Source: Vitrella brassicaformis CCMP3155 (taxonomy: Eukaryota > Protista > Chromerida). From it: DNA of 64,000 bases. Below the pieces are notes generated by a model. The model saw only the letters and a program-made list of their open reading frames with translations. It ran no database searches and had not been told where the DNA came from. Of the stretch, positions 1-15,900 are shown in pieces. Numbering within the stretch: position 1 is the first letter of the stretch; the number at the start of each line of letters is the position of its first letter. The position numbers were made by a program, and so were the translations under genes. Location of the stretch: assembly GCA_001179505.1 (NCBI GenBank), contig CDMY01000182.1, forward strand, positions 62,001 to 126,000. The letters are read 5' to 3'.

Positions 1-2364
1 GCAGGCCGGGAGAGCCCCAGAAGCTGCGCTGGATGCCAGGAGACGTCCATCCCCAGGTGCGATGGATGCCGACCGGCATCCAGATGCGCTGAATACCGGG
101 CGACCCCCAGCCCCACCGTTGAAAGCCCGGGGACATCCAACCCCATCGCTGAATGCCGGGGGGCGCCCAGCCCCACCGCTGAATACCGGGCGACATCCAG
201 CCCCACCGGGCGATGCCCTGCACACATACCACACAACACATATGTGATAGCGGGGCATCAAGTCATGCAGGCAGGTTGGTTACGATGGGCATCCAGTTGT
301 TCCAGCGACCTAGCCCCACATGGCCCAGGACCCCGAAGTAGCTGTCGAGCCAGCGGGCGATGCCCGTCCATCCCCAACCGTAGGCAGCAGGGTGCCATCT
401 CGCAATGCCGAACCACCCCCTGGTGCATTCATATGCCGCCAGACAGACAGACAGACAGACGGCAAGAAAATGGGCAAAGCAGCGACAAACCTTCTCTCCT
501 TTTCTTTTCTGGATTGGCTCACCAGCCGTGGTAGGCAGGACTCACCCAGCGGCCCTTGGCAACCCATCCCTACACATACGAGCAGACGCATCCGTGAAAT
601 CCATTCATACTAATAGCGCATCCATCCCTCTCGCTCTTCAGTACACTCACCCATCCCCAGTAGTCGTCGAATGACCAGCGGCCGTTGCCCACCCACCTGA
701 ACCAGACCGTGGACAAGAGGAGGCCAATCCATTCATTGCCTATGTATGTACGTGTGTATATGTGCGGTGCGCGTCCATCACCCGAATCCGGTGTATTCGT
801 AAGGGTTGTATCCTCGCGCAATGCCGACCCATCCCCTGAAACAAGACAACACAGAGACACATACCTCATCAACACTCCTTCTCGTGTATGATGCCACATG
901 CCAACATTTACCAGCCCGGGTTCCAGCGGGAGATGTCTTGAGGAGAGAGAACACGGACACAGACAAGAACTGGTGTTATCCGTGCCTCTGCAGTAGGGCT
1001 AGCTGCCTTTCACTCGGCCCACCCACCTTCAATGGTCCGATTCTCCTCTGCTCTAGCAATGCCGGTCCAGCCCCAGTCGGGATTCCAGCGGGCAATGCCA
1101 ACGTAGCCCCTGAAGGAGTCCGAGGCAAGGGAGGCATGCAACTGGATGCAACCCTCTCTGTCATGCATCTAGCGTACCATGACCGTTGGATACCCGGATG
1201 GCCGCTAACCGACACAATCACACACAAGAAAGCGAGTCCAGCCACGGCCTGTCTTCCGCGTGTGTGTGCATGTGTGCGCGCAATACTGTAGGGGATTCCA
1301 ACGCTCGTGGCCTGAAATGGCGCCTCTGCGCGAGTAAGGAAATCAAGAGATTCGACCCCGGACGTAAGCATTTGATACCTGATCGCGGCTTACCCTTCGT
1401 AGTACCACGGGGTCCAGCGTGCCATGCCAAACCAGCCCCTGGTAATCCATACAAGCATAGGCAAATAGGGTTACACGAGCACCACGGCACCTTCACATGC
1501 ATGTGGTCTTTGTGCGCACCAGCTGAAGTATGCGGGATTGAACCAGCGGGCAGTGCCCACCCAGCCCTACAACATCAATTGTTCCATCCAACTCGGGCCC
1601 ATGCACTCCCCCTTGTCTGTCTTCCTCCCTTTGTGCATAGTGTGGTGATGCGTACCCATCCCCAGATGTCGCTCCATCTCCAGTTGGCCCCGCCGACCCA
1701 GTTCCACCCGTGAAATGTGCCGAAGAAGCGAGACACGTCCGATATGGGGAAGAACGGCAGAGTCTTCATGCCGGTCTTGCTGAAGGGCCCGCCCTCGGAC
1801 CACGACAGGGCCGGCGCAAAGGCGAGTTCGTCCCATGGGGATGCTTTCGAGTGGTCGACGAAGTCGGCCGAGCCGCCAGGCAGGAAATATCGAGCTGAGA
1901 AGAGGCCCGGACTCTCGCGAAACCCGAAGCTGTGGAACTGTCCACCACTGGGCAGCCACGCCTCTGCGGCACGCACAGCAGGACGGATGACGTGTCAAAT
2001 CTTTGTCCCGTGTGCATTGTGGACACAGATCTCTAGATCTCTTGCCCAGCAGACCTTTGTCCTCGGCCCATACGCCCTTGTCGCTCTCGTTCGAGGCATA
2101 CCACCAGCTCCAATAGCTGTCGTAGTCCTCCGCGGTCCAGATGCTATCTTTTGGCCAAAATAGGGGCGCACTCCTGAGGCCCTTGAGAGATATATCGAGG
2201 GTGGCCTCGCTGCCGCCATCGTTGGTCACTCTGATGGTGACGGGTGTCTTCTGCCCCGCTGTGATGTTCTGCTTGAGAAGCGTTTGGTCGACAGTGAGCT
2301 GGTGGCTGCTGCCCACCAAGCAAAGGATTGCAACCAGAAAGACACCTTCCACACCGGACGACAT
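1..2364 (-). CDS. Secreted Trp/Gly-rich repeat protein, multi-exon, 3' end beyond the left edge of the window
   Basis: ATG at 2364 opens MSSGVEGVFLVAILCLVGSSHQ, a signal-peptide-like hydrophobic core. Exon 1 splices (DK|EAW) to exon 2 (1973-1656, ...FHGWNWVGGANWRWSDIWGW). About ten short GT-AG exons follow, encoding WGWxGIARWxP-type units. The exon at about 210-1 reads GIARWGWMSPGIQRWGWAPPGIQRWGWMSPGFQRWGWGSPGIQR with no stop before the edge. Confidence 0.75.
85..210. repeat. Coding 30-bp minisatellite (10-aa unit WGWxxPG[I/F]QR on the minus strand)
   Basis: About four imperfect copies of gctgaataccgggcgacccccagccccacc. Confidence 0.8.
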
Positions 2365-2824
2365 TTTCCGAACACAGTGGCACGCGTGTGGGGGCTGGGA
2401 GGGGGCCCTCTGCAGCGGTTTCAGGAAGCACCCTAGCTCGTGACTTTTGCGAGCTTCCGGTCCGATCCCGAAGGAAGCTTTGTAAAGGCCTCCCAAACCT
2501 CCCTTTCTCCACTTCTGAGTAAGAGGACCGCAAGGGAAGAGGAGGAAGTGTCTGACAAGCACTCCTCTTTGCCTTTTGGCCGACTTGCCAGGTAGATCTC
2601 TCCAGTCCGCGCGTCGAGTTGACACCGCAGCGAAGATCCCCTTCTCGCCCCTCCGTCCGGAGGTTTTCCAACACGTACCCGTCCCCCTTTCCTCCTCCGG
2701 AGGTTTTCCAAGGTAAGAAGGAAGCGGAACAGCCTCGACCGACAATCAAGCGGACCACGGTTGCTTGGCCTGTGGTCAGGCTCCCTCCGCCTCCGCATCG
2801 GGATCTTCCCCCCTGTCGACAACG
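2365..2824. promoter_or_regulatory. Putative bidirectional promoter between the Trp-rich gene and the Patched-family gene
   Basis: 460-bp spacer between two divergent ATGs. Inferred from geometry only; no motif identified. Confidence 0.4.
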
Positions 2825-5800
2825 ATGGGACGCTCGTGGTTCGGGATCCTCCACGCGTTCGACCACTTGCTGGCGAGTGCCTTCTACCGATTGTCCCATA
2901 TGGCTGGGCGGAACAAGGTCCCCTTCATCCTCATCCCCGTGGCTCTCGCCCTGGCAGGCCTGGCGACGTTCCTTTCCTTGATGGTGTATGAGCCGCGAAT
3001 GGATGCCCTCTACTTCCCCACTGACTCGAGAGCCGTGTACGACGACGCGGCAGTGGAGAAGATCTGGGGCGATCAGGGCATCAGGTACGTAGACAGACTC
3101 ACCCAGGTGCTGCTGAGTCGAGTGGAATAACTTGTGTGGGGGGGTCCGATTTGATTGCAGGTTCAGCCAAGTCATGCTCGTGTGGCAGGGGAATTTTGAT
3201 GCCAACGTGCTCACGGCCGAGCGATTCGCCAAGGCTCACAAAGTTGTCCAAGGCATCCTGACGGACAGGGTGGACCACGACGGTAAGACCGTCAACTTCA
3301 CCGACGTGTGCGTCCGCAGCAGGACCCCCGACGATAGCTGCTTCCTCCTTTCCGTGTTCAATGGCTGGAACAACGAGACTCTCCCAAGCACCGACGAGCA
3401 GCTGATTGAACAGCTGAATGCGCCGACTCGCGTGGACCGGTGGAAGAGACCGCTGCGCGATGAAGTGCCGCTGCTGCTGGCGAAAGCACACTACGATTCC
3501 GAGAGCCGGGTGGACAGCGCTGCTGCCTATCACTTCATCTTTGGCACCAAACCGACAGATGAAGGCACATCATGGTGAGGAAACCAAAGTCAGTCGATTT
3601 GCCAACGCAAACGTCTGTTTTCTCGTATGTCTGATGTGTGACGTCTGCAGGGAAGGCAATCTGGTCTCGCGATTCATCGACGTGAACACCGAGGAGTGGG
3701 GCGAGAGCGAAGGCTTCCGCGTCTATGTGCGCACAGAGCACTCAATCGACACGGAGGTGGAGCGGTCCGTCGGAGGCAACCTGCTCCTGATGTCAGTCGT
3801 CTTCATCATCCTTATCGGTCAGTGGGCAGTCCGCACGTCGCCGCCTGACCTTACAAATTCCTCATTTCTGTGTGATGTGCACGTGGTCAGGTTATGCGGT
3901 GTCCGTCACATACCGCCACAGGAACCTCGTCCGCTCCCAAATGCTGGTTGCGCTGACCGGCGTGGCCATTGTGGGCCTTTCCTTGTGTTTGACGTACGGC
4001 ATCTGCGCTCTCGCGGGGATCCCCTTCACGGCAGGTACGTCCATGCCAACACAGGTCACATGGATGCGCCGGCCATATGTTGGTCGTCTTCTCCCTTTTT
4101 GTCAGTCGTCGGGCTCTCACCTTTCCTCATCCTCGGCATCGGCGTCGACAACATCTTCATCATCATCAACACGCTGCACGAGAGGGATCCCGACCTTGAG
4201 TCGAGGGAGCGAGTGTCCCTGACCATGAAGGAGTGCGGCCCGTCGATCACCATGACCACTCTCACATCCTTCGTCGCCTTCGCCGCCGGCGCGGGGGCAT
4301 CGTTCCCTGTGGTCTCCGGATTCTGCATCTACACATCGATCGCCATCCTCTGTGCGCGAGACGGGCAGATCAGCTCATTGTGAATGCAGCACAACATTGG
4401 AATATCTATGTCTGTGTGTGCCGTCTGCAGGTGCCTTCCTGATGACGATTACTGCATTCCTAGCGTGCGTGCACCTGGACGCCATACGACAGAGCAGAAA
4501 CCGGTGAGCATCAACGAGACGGCAAGGGGCAATCGTGCGTTGTTGATGATTTGTCGACTTCTGGATGGGGTGGCTGTGTGCGTCTCGTGCGTGCAGGATC
4601 GACTTGGTCTTCTGTAAGAGCAGGGATCCGAAGGCATACAAGGGGTCGCATCAGCGGCTGCCGTGGGGCCCTACAGCAATCGTCAAGGTGCACTTGGGCC
4701 CATTCCTCGCGAGGCCCATCGTCAAGGCACTGGTTGTCCTCTCGTTCCTTTCCCTGCTGGCTGGAGGTAAGGACGAGAGTCGCCTGCCTCTGCACACACA
4801 CGCATACGCATATCCACCTGTGTCCAACCACAGGCATCGTGGGCATGCTGCACCTCGAACAAGGCTTGCCTGTTCATGAGCTGGGGCCGTATGGCTCGTT
4901 CCTCCGCGCCTACTATGCCGCTGAAAAGGCAAGTGCACAGACTAGAAAGAGAATGAGAGGATCATCGTGGAAGGATTGCCGTGTCCGTTATCAATGCTGC
5001 AGAAACTCGGCCTTGAAGAGCCTGCTCAGCAGCTGGACTTGACCGTGAGCATCAGCGGGCTCGATTTCACTTCTGCCGATGACATGGGGCAGCTGGAGCA
5101 GCTCACAAGGGATCTCGAGGACAGCGAATACGCGCATCCGGAGAGACGAAAAGCCGTAAGGATATGCCGGACACATCAGCAGTAAGGTATGGCTCTGATA
5201 TGCACTCTCTTGGCTCAGATCACTTCCTTCGTCCGCGCCTATGACCAGTGGCGTTCCGCGAACGAAGTTGCGTTGGCCCCAGCAGCGTTTTATGACCACC
5301 TCGGAACCTTTCTGAAGCAGCAGGGCGCCCCGCTCCAGAGGTTTGTGGTTCTTGACGAAGCTGATGGGACCATCAAGCACATGAGAATCTCTGTGAGGAC
5401 CGTGGGTTTGCCCTTCAAAGACCAGGTGAGGCTTCCTTCGATCGGCGGGCTGTTCTGTTGCATATGGCTATAGTGATTATTGTGTGTCCGTCATCAGGCC
5501 GACCTGATGGTGTCGTTCCGCGAGGTGGTCGATGGCTCGAAACTGAGTGCCAGGTCTGACGTCGACGTGTACATCACGCACCCGTACTTCTTCAGGTGAG
5601 TGAGACAGAAGGGCGCATTTCTGAAGGAAGACTCACGTTGGACTGCCTCCTTCTTACGTTATGTTTGTGTGTCACAGGTTCGAGCAAGAGGTGGCGATCC
5701 TTGGTCAGACGATGCAGACGATGCTGATCGCTGCGGCTGCTGTCCTGGTCATCACCTTCATCTTCCTGTCGCACCCTCTCACCGTGCTGTTCGTCCTGTT

Positions 5801-6541
5801 GATAATCCTGATGATTGACGCCAACCTGGTACGCCTGACAGACGGAAAGGCAGGCAAACGCAGGGAATAGTCGGCCGCGCGGTCACCCGACTGATCTTTG
5901 GATGGATGTGTGGTGCGATGCAGATGGGCTACATGACTTGGTGGAACGTGCCGCTCGACGCCACGAGCATGATAAGTCTGGTGCTGTCTATCGGCTTCTC
6001 CGTCGATTACTCGGCCCACCTGGCGCACGCCTTCATGCTGGCCCCCGGCACACGGGACGAGCGGATGCAGCAGGCGCTCTCCACTATGGGCGTTAGCATA
6101 GCCAACGGTGAGTGAGGGCAGGCCAGAAGGGTGAGGGATGGGCAACGGATGCGCTCCTGTCGATTCATGTGTGCAGGCGGCATGTCTACGCTCTTGGCTA
6201 CGCTGCCACTGGCTGGGGCCCCTGCGTACGTCTTTCGCGTTTACTTCAAGATGATGTTCATGTCGGTCGTCTTCGGAGTCCTCCATGGGCTGCTCTTCCT
6301 GCCGGTGCTGCTCTCGCTCATCGGCCCCAAACCCATGTCGAGAGCAGAGGACGCAGGAGACGAGGAAAGCCACAAGCAGAAATCGAAGACGTCTTCCCAG
6401 GCTGACGACACGACGACACACAGCTCCCACGGGGAGTCTTGTGATGTCTCGGAGGGCAGCGATGAGGATGAAGCTAGGCGCGCTTCCGAGACGACCGCAG
6501 ACGACGAGGCGGGGAGGATCGATCATGAACATCAGGTCTAA
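2825..6541 (+). CDS. Patched/NPC1-family (RND-type) sterol-sensing-domain membrane protein, multi-exon
   Basis: N-terminal TM (VPFILIPVALALAGLATFL), luminal loop, SSD helices with PFLILGIGVDNIFII, a second TM bundle with IGFSVDYSAHLAHAF and LHGLLFLPVLLSLIGP, acidic tail, stop at 6539-6541. Confidence 0.88.
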
Positions 6542-6806
6542 GTTACTGTGCTGGTGTGGCCTCCTTGGCATTTATCTGGTGTGTTCGTGCGAGTAAGGAT
6601 GTGTGTGTGTTTATGTGTACCTGGTCTGTCCACAACGGATAAGATGTTACTGTCCTGCCTTTTTCGTCCTTTCATGTGGTGCGTGCGGCGGTGTGTTTAT
6701 CGTCCTGCATGTAATGTGTTTGCATTCTGTGGTAGTCTGAACTTGGAGTGTTCTTCTCTGTGTGTGTGTCTGTCGACATGTAATCAATCTGATGTGTCTC
6801 TCTGTA

Positions 6807-6843
<37 letters not shown>

Positions 6844-7299
6844 GTGCGTGTGGGAGTCCGCGGCTCGTCCCTTTTTGACCGAGTAGTAACGGTGCCGAAA
6901 TGGATGACAAGAGCTTGCTTGTGGTCCTTGCACCTGCACTCGCCTAGCTAGGACTCCTAGCACTTTTGCATGCATCTCTGCCAACTGGTTCGTTGTCTGT
7001 CTGCACCACGTTGTGTGCATGTGCGTGAACTGTGGTCGCTGTATGGATTGGCGGTCTGCCTGATTGCGTTTGTGGTACGTGGACATTTTTCCCTGCCTTC
7101 GAAATCGTGAAAATGATGTCTTTCTTGTGCGTGAACATTCGAGGTCGCGAGAAGCAACACGAGAAGCGAATCTGCTGAGGAGAAACACTTGTCGCGCTAC
7201 ACTTGTCGCCATCGCGCTGTCAAGAAACCTGGCCAGCCGCTCCATTGCGAGCTAAGTAGGCTGAAATAGAGTGCCTCAGACCCCCCCTGGCTACCCCTG

Positions 7300-9903
<2,604 letters not shown>

Positions 9904-10752
9904 TAGTACTAGTAGGATGGCTTGTGGTATGTGTCTGTATTGTGTGTATATGTGGTATACACGCCGAATGCTTTGTCGATGTGTTTTTCTATCGCTCGCT
10001 GTACCGTTATCGTTCTCTGTACTGACACAGTAATGCTTGACGTAGGTCGTATTTCTAAGTCTGTTTTGACTGATGGTGTTTCGCGAAATTCATGCAAAGC
10101 CCGCAAGCTCCCATGCGAAGCTGGGGAACCGGAGGGAGGGAGGGAGGGAGGGCCGGCCGGACGGACGGACGGAGGAAATAACGGTAAGAGGCGCCAAGCT
10201 TCGTGAGTTCCGAACAGTGAGGCGTTTGCCATTTGGCCTGGAAACGGGAAATGCCGATTCACGCAGGCGGAAACTGATTGTGCATGGATTGATGTTCAAA
10301 GCGAAGTTTGCAATTTGGTGAAATGTTTCTCCCTCCGCATCGACACCCACTCAACAAGCTAAGGAGAGAAGAGAACGAGAGACACAGTGCAGACACAGCC
10401 ACGGGTGGCTGATCACTATCACCGTCAAAATGGAGGCACCAATGATTTCCCTCCAACACCGATTTGTATAGGCAACGATGTCTTTTCCGTTCAGCAGGGG
10501 CTCAGAAGAATGAGTGGCTGAATGTGGCCCAGATCATTGTCATGCACTACATCATGCACCAGCAGAAATGACGCACACACCACCAGACACGCAGTGCACA
10601 CACCAGTCCACCCGCCCGACAGTCAGCTACTTCAAGCTGTGTCTTTGCTTGACGTCAGCCAGCCGCCCTGCAGAACACACATCAACAAACACACACAATG
10701 GACACACATACATCAGGTCCTCTGCATCATGTGTGTGGCCCTCACCTTCTGT

Positions 10753-12600
10753 CTACGGTGCCTGGCCGTCGAGGATGATGGGGGCGATGGGGCCGAGGAC
10801 GCGGCGGGCCTTGGCAGCCGTCAGGGGGAATCGCTGTGCGAAGGGCGCGTCATTGGCCACACCTGCTGCTGGCGCCTCGGTGGTATAGATGGCTACGCCC
10901 ACTGCACGCAAACGATAGCAGATGTACGGACACAGTGACGGCATGGGGGTGTTGTCGAGTTGCTGTTCTTTTCCGTGTAAGCGTACCGTTCCGGCTGTCG
11001 CCTGGAGGGGTGCCCATGGCAATGAATGCGATGAAGGGGTCATCGAACGACGTCAGCTCATGCGATTGCCCACACAGCCCACTGACCGCCTCGTATACCG
11101 TCAGGTGTGAGCAGTCGTCGAGTGGCGTATGAGGCGGTCGGATCAGCATACGATCCAAATGACCACCACGCACACTCCTGAGATGCAGACACATGTTTGA
11201 CATATAGTATAGACCACATGCCCTAACGAGGTGTGCCATCTTTACCCACTCACCTGTCAACCGCCACTATTGGCGACTGGTACATGCCGCTCACAGCCAT
11301 CCTTCGGTGAATCAGCATGAGCCTCTTCAGCATGGAACTCGCCGATGTTGAGACGACACCGTCATTGGCACCGACCGTCCCCAGCCCACACCATCATCCC
11401 CCCAAATGCGGCAGCGGACTGGCGGGTCGTGTGGCTTGGCGTGGTGCTGGAAGGGGTGCTGCGAGAAGGGATGGACGGGGCGGTTGGGCCGGGGGAGGGG
11501 CGGGTTGATGGTGATCGCGAAGTTGGGCTCGTTGCGGATGGCGCGGATGTCATGGTTATAGCGGAAGAGCTCGAGTGTGCCGTCCTGCTGGCCATTGGGG
11601 CGACGAAAGGCCACATGGCGGCCGATGATCATCCACTGGGCGCAGAAACGGGGCACCGATGAGTAGTCCTGCACCCAACACACATACACAGAGAGCCATT
11701 CACTCATTGCCCTATTGCCTCTTCTCATGTGTGTCGTGCTTACCGCCTTGGTGGGGTGTGTCTGCAGATTTCCGGGGCCCACAGTGACCGGCAGCTGGCA
11801 ATAGCCGAGATGCTCAGCGAATCTGAGTGTGTCCGCCACCTCCCGCCAGCCGCCCTCGTCCCCCTCCTCTATCACCCACATGGCCTTCATCACATCGCTG
11901 TGGCTCAGCTGATCGTCGAACCGCACCGCACCGCCCACCCCCGCACACTCGATGGCCCTCGGCAGCCGAATATTGCGGATGATGGGCCGCAGGGCGTTTC
12001 TGAAGTGGCGGGCTGTCGCCTTGAGTCGGGCGACGGCGGTGAGGTCAGAGAGTGACAGGACGATACTCATCGGCCCGGCGGGAAGGTCAGACACGTGCAA
12101 CCGCCGAGCCTGACGACACACACAAAGACACACATGGAGCTGTGTGTGTGTGTGTGTGTGTGTGGTCTCTTTCTCACCTGTGTGAGGGTGTGTGTTGTGA
12201 GTGCGATAGTCGAGTCGATGTTGTCCGCCAGCTGGGCCAGACGGGCCGATTCGTTGGCGAGTTGACGACTGACCTTGGCCACCATCTGACAAGCGAATCA
12301 ACCACACGAGAGACCATGACACAGAGGCCTTTGTGCTGTGTGGTGTGCTAGGCAGTCTGGTCGCACCAATGGTGTGATCGCAGCGGTGTCCATCTGAGTG
12401 AGTCGGCCGATGCCATTGTTGACCTGCGCATCACAGCACACACAAACAACACAAAGCAACCGATGAGCGACGGAGGCACTGAACGGGTGGATGAGTGAGT
12501 GTGTTGACTCCTTACCCTCGCCTGATTCGCCTGATAGGCCTGAATCTGTTTGAGCATCTGATCCCGCATCGCCGCCATTGACGTCTGCAGCAGACATCAC
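10753..12600 (-). CDS. Hypothetical protein with an N-terminal F-box-like segment, resembling a lineage-expanded chromerid family
   Basis: Spliced minus-strand exons: MMSAADVNGG..., LHVSDLPAGPMSIVLSLSDLTAVARLKATARHFR (F-box-like), WMIIGRHVAF...HPFSQHPFQHHAKPHDPPV, and a last exon FAQRFPLTAAKARRVLGPIAPIILDGQAP with stop at 10753-10755. The family resemblance is from recall, not a search. Confidence 0.6.
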
Positions 12601-12915
12601 ATCATGATGGCAAACAACACATTGTCAACCAAATATAGCCCCATCCCATCGTGAAGCCACGGCGCAAATGTTACGGATCAACCGAATAAGCTAAGCTGTG
12701 GTTATCCATCTGCGGGCCGCATTCGCCATTTCCAGCGAAATTGATAAGCCGTCACGCCGTCTAGGGTGGTCCATGAAACCGCTGCTGCGCGACCTGAGGT
12801 GAAGCACGGTTGGTGATTGAGTTCAGTGTATCCCATTCAGAGTAGCAGTGCGCTCAGTTTATCGTCTGCCTTTGCCATCTCAACTCACTTCATCACGCAA
12901 AAGCAAGAGAGCAAG

Positions 12916-15900
12916 ATGAAGATCACCGACGTAAGAGCACCCCCCACACACACGGCGGCCACAGACCGTGCGCGCGCAGCAGAATAGAGCGCTGCCTGCC
13001 TGCCTGGGTCTCTTGTTGTGCACGTGCATCTCACTTCGTCTGCATCTCACTTCGTCTGTCTTGTCTGTCTCTCTTTCCTGGCTTGTCTGTCTGTCTGTCT
13101 GTACGCATGTGTCCACCGCTCATGACCAGGCGATGTGCGAGTTTGAGAAGGCCAACGAGGACAAGGCGTTCTTTTCGTTTGAGTTCTTCCCGCCCAAGAC
13201 GGAGGCAGGGGTGGCCAACCTGTACGACCGGTTCGACCGGATGGCGCAGCTCAATCCCCTGTGGATTGACGTCACCTGGGGCGCCGGGGGCTCCACGGCA
13301 CAACGGACGCTGGAGCTCTGCACCAACGCACTCAAGTACCACGGCCTCGAGCCACTCATGCACCTCACATGCACCAACATGCAAAAGGAAATGCTCGACA
13401 GCGCGCTCAAAGAGGTACGTACCTTTGGTGGATGGATGGATGCTGGCTGGCTGGCTGGCTGGCTTAGACAGACAAAGGGAGGGACGGAGAACGATGGCAT
13501 CCACGAGAGGTATGTGATATGTGTGTATAGTGCGTGGAGCATGGGATCACGAACATCCTAGCGTTGCGCGGCGACCCCCCGAAGGACCAGGAGAGGTGGA
13601 CGGCCGTCGAGGGGGGACTCGAACACGCTTCGGACCTCGTCGCATACATCAGGGTGGGTGGGGGTGGGTTGGGGGCGGAGGGGCGGGCACAGAAGACAGA
13701 CAGAGAGAGAGAGAGAGAGCGACAGATAGGCCTTCACACACCCGAGCCGTAGCACCATCGTCGACACACTGGTGCATCCATCTGGTGTGTTGTGTTGCGG
13801 TCAATGGATGGATGCAGAAGAACTACGGTGACTTTTTCTGCATCGCTGTGGCGGCCTACCCAGAGGGACACCTGGAGAACCCTGACAAGGAAAAGGACCT
13901 GCAGATGCTCAAAGTCAAGGTGCGCACAGTACTGAAGTGGCGACGGACAGATGGAGAGGCGGGGCGTCCTATGATCTTCAATCGGACGCCTGCTACGCAT
14001 CTTCTGGGCTGGTTGTGTACGTGTGTTGTGTCTTGTGTTGTGTGTTGCAGCAAGACGCCGGTGCGGATTTCGCGATAACGCAGTTGTTCTACGACAACGA
14101 GGAGTACTTCGCCTTCCTCGAGAAGGCCAAGGCCATCGGCGTCACCATACCCATACTCCCCGGTCACCCACACATGGACGCACACCCAGCCAGGGAGAGA
14201 AAGAGAGAGAGGGAGGGAGGGAGAGAGAGAGAGAGAGGGAGGGAGGGAGGGAGAGAAAGGACGCTGCACAACACCCAGATGGCTCATCTCGGTGTGTGAG
14301 GGCTGGCGTGGGTTGGCACGGCAGGCATCATGCCCATCCAGTCGTACCAGGGGTTCAAGAAGATGACCACATTCTGCAAGACCAAAGTGCCGCAGCACAT
14401 CATTGTAAGGCTGACCGAACGAGCAAACGACTACATGCACTCAGACAGACAGACAGTCTAAATGTCCATGCGTGTGGCCATTGATGTCAGGATGATTTGG
14501 AGCCGATCAAGGACGACGACCAGGCCGTCAAGGACTACGGCGTCAAACTCGCCGTCGAGGTAGCTTGCGTACACGCACTCACACCAACACCCACACATAG
14601 GCGCCCGTGTATGTGTGTGTAGATGTGTCGGGAGATATTGGATCACGGCGTGAAGGGTCTGCATTTCTACACGCTCAACCTGGAGACGTCGGTGATGCGC
14701 ATCATCGAGGGCATGATGCTCGTCGACACGCACATCTCCAACCGGGTCCTTCCATGGCGACCGGTCAGCCACCCATCCACCCATCCATCCACCATGGACT
14801 TATCTTTTATCTATATCTACGTGTGTGTGTTGCTGATGGTTGAATGCAGTCTGTGCACAAGAAGCGTTCTCGCGAGGACGTGCGGCCGATCTTCTGGGCC
14901 AACCGTCCCCGGTCATACATGCAGAGGACCGCCGCGTGGGACGAATTCCCCAACGGCCGATGGGGCAACAGAGGTAGGGAGGAAGGGCTGTGTGGATGGA
15001 TGTGCATATTGAACGTTTGTGTGGTGTATTTGGGAAGGGCTTTGACATGGCGTGACGTGGCGTGGTGTGGTGTGGTGTGCCCTGTCGTTATGTTGTGTGC
15101 AGATTCGCCTGCCTTTGACTTTGCGGACCACTACATCAGCAGCAATGTCGACCCCAACGAGACGGTGGGGGAGTGGGCAGGCAGCTGCAAGATGGGTCGA
15201 TGCATAGGCTGCTGTGTTTTTCTATGTGTGGGGGTGGTTCACTCGTCAGTCCATGACCCACCGTCGCGAGATGTGGGGCGAGGCACCGAGCTCAGTCGCC
15301 GACATAGCCAAGGTCCCCGTTTCCCTGCACAAGAAACGCATGCTTTATTCTACTCTTTCCTCGTTCCTTCCCCGCGTGCCGTGTGGTGTCTGTCGTGTGT
15401 GCAGGTGTTTTGTGACTACCTGTCGCCTGCGACCAAGGTGACCCGTCTGCCGTGGTGCAGCGACATCATTGGCGACGAGACGTCCATCATCCGCAAGCAG
15501 CTCATCCCCCTCAACCGCAACGGGTGCCTCACCGTCAACTCACAGCCCCGCGTCAACGCGGCCATCTCCAGCGACCCCTACTTCGGATGGGGACCCAAGA
15601 ACGGATTCGTCTTCCAGAAGGTAAGTACTGAGAGAGTGGGGGACTGTCTGGTGAGTCGTGCGGTGTATGATGGTACTGACTGTGTTGCAGGCGTACTGCG
15701 AGTTCTTCTGTTCGCCCGAGACGCTGGAGAGGATTCTCATGGGCATTGAGGGCGAGAAGTGCCTCTCGTACGCCGCAATCAACATCGACGTACGTGCGTG
15801 GGCAAGGAACGGAACACATGAATACACCGATGTCTATCTGTTGGCTGCTTGTTTGGGTGGATGGGTTGCAGGGCGACATCCGGACGAACATGCCTGAGGG

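Noticed and set aside
85-210. 30-bp repeats as a possible CRISPR array
   Set aside because: The units are contiguous without unique spacers, are in-frame coding, and lie in a eukaryotic intron-rich locus with no cas genes.
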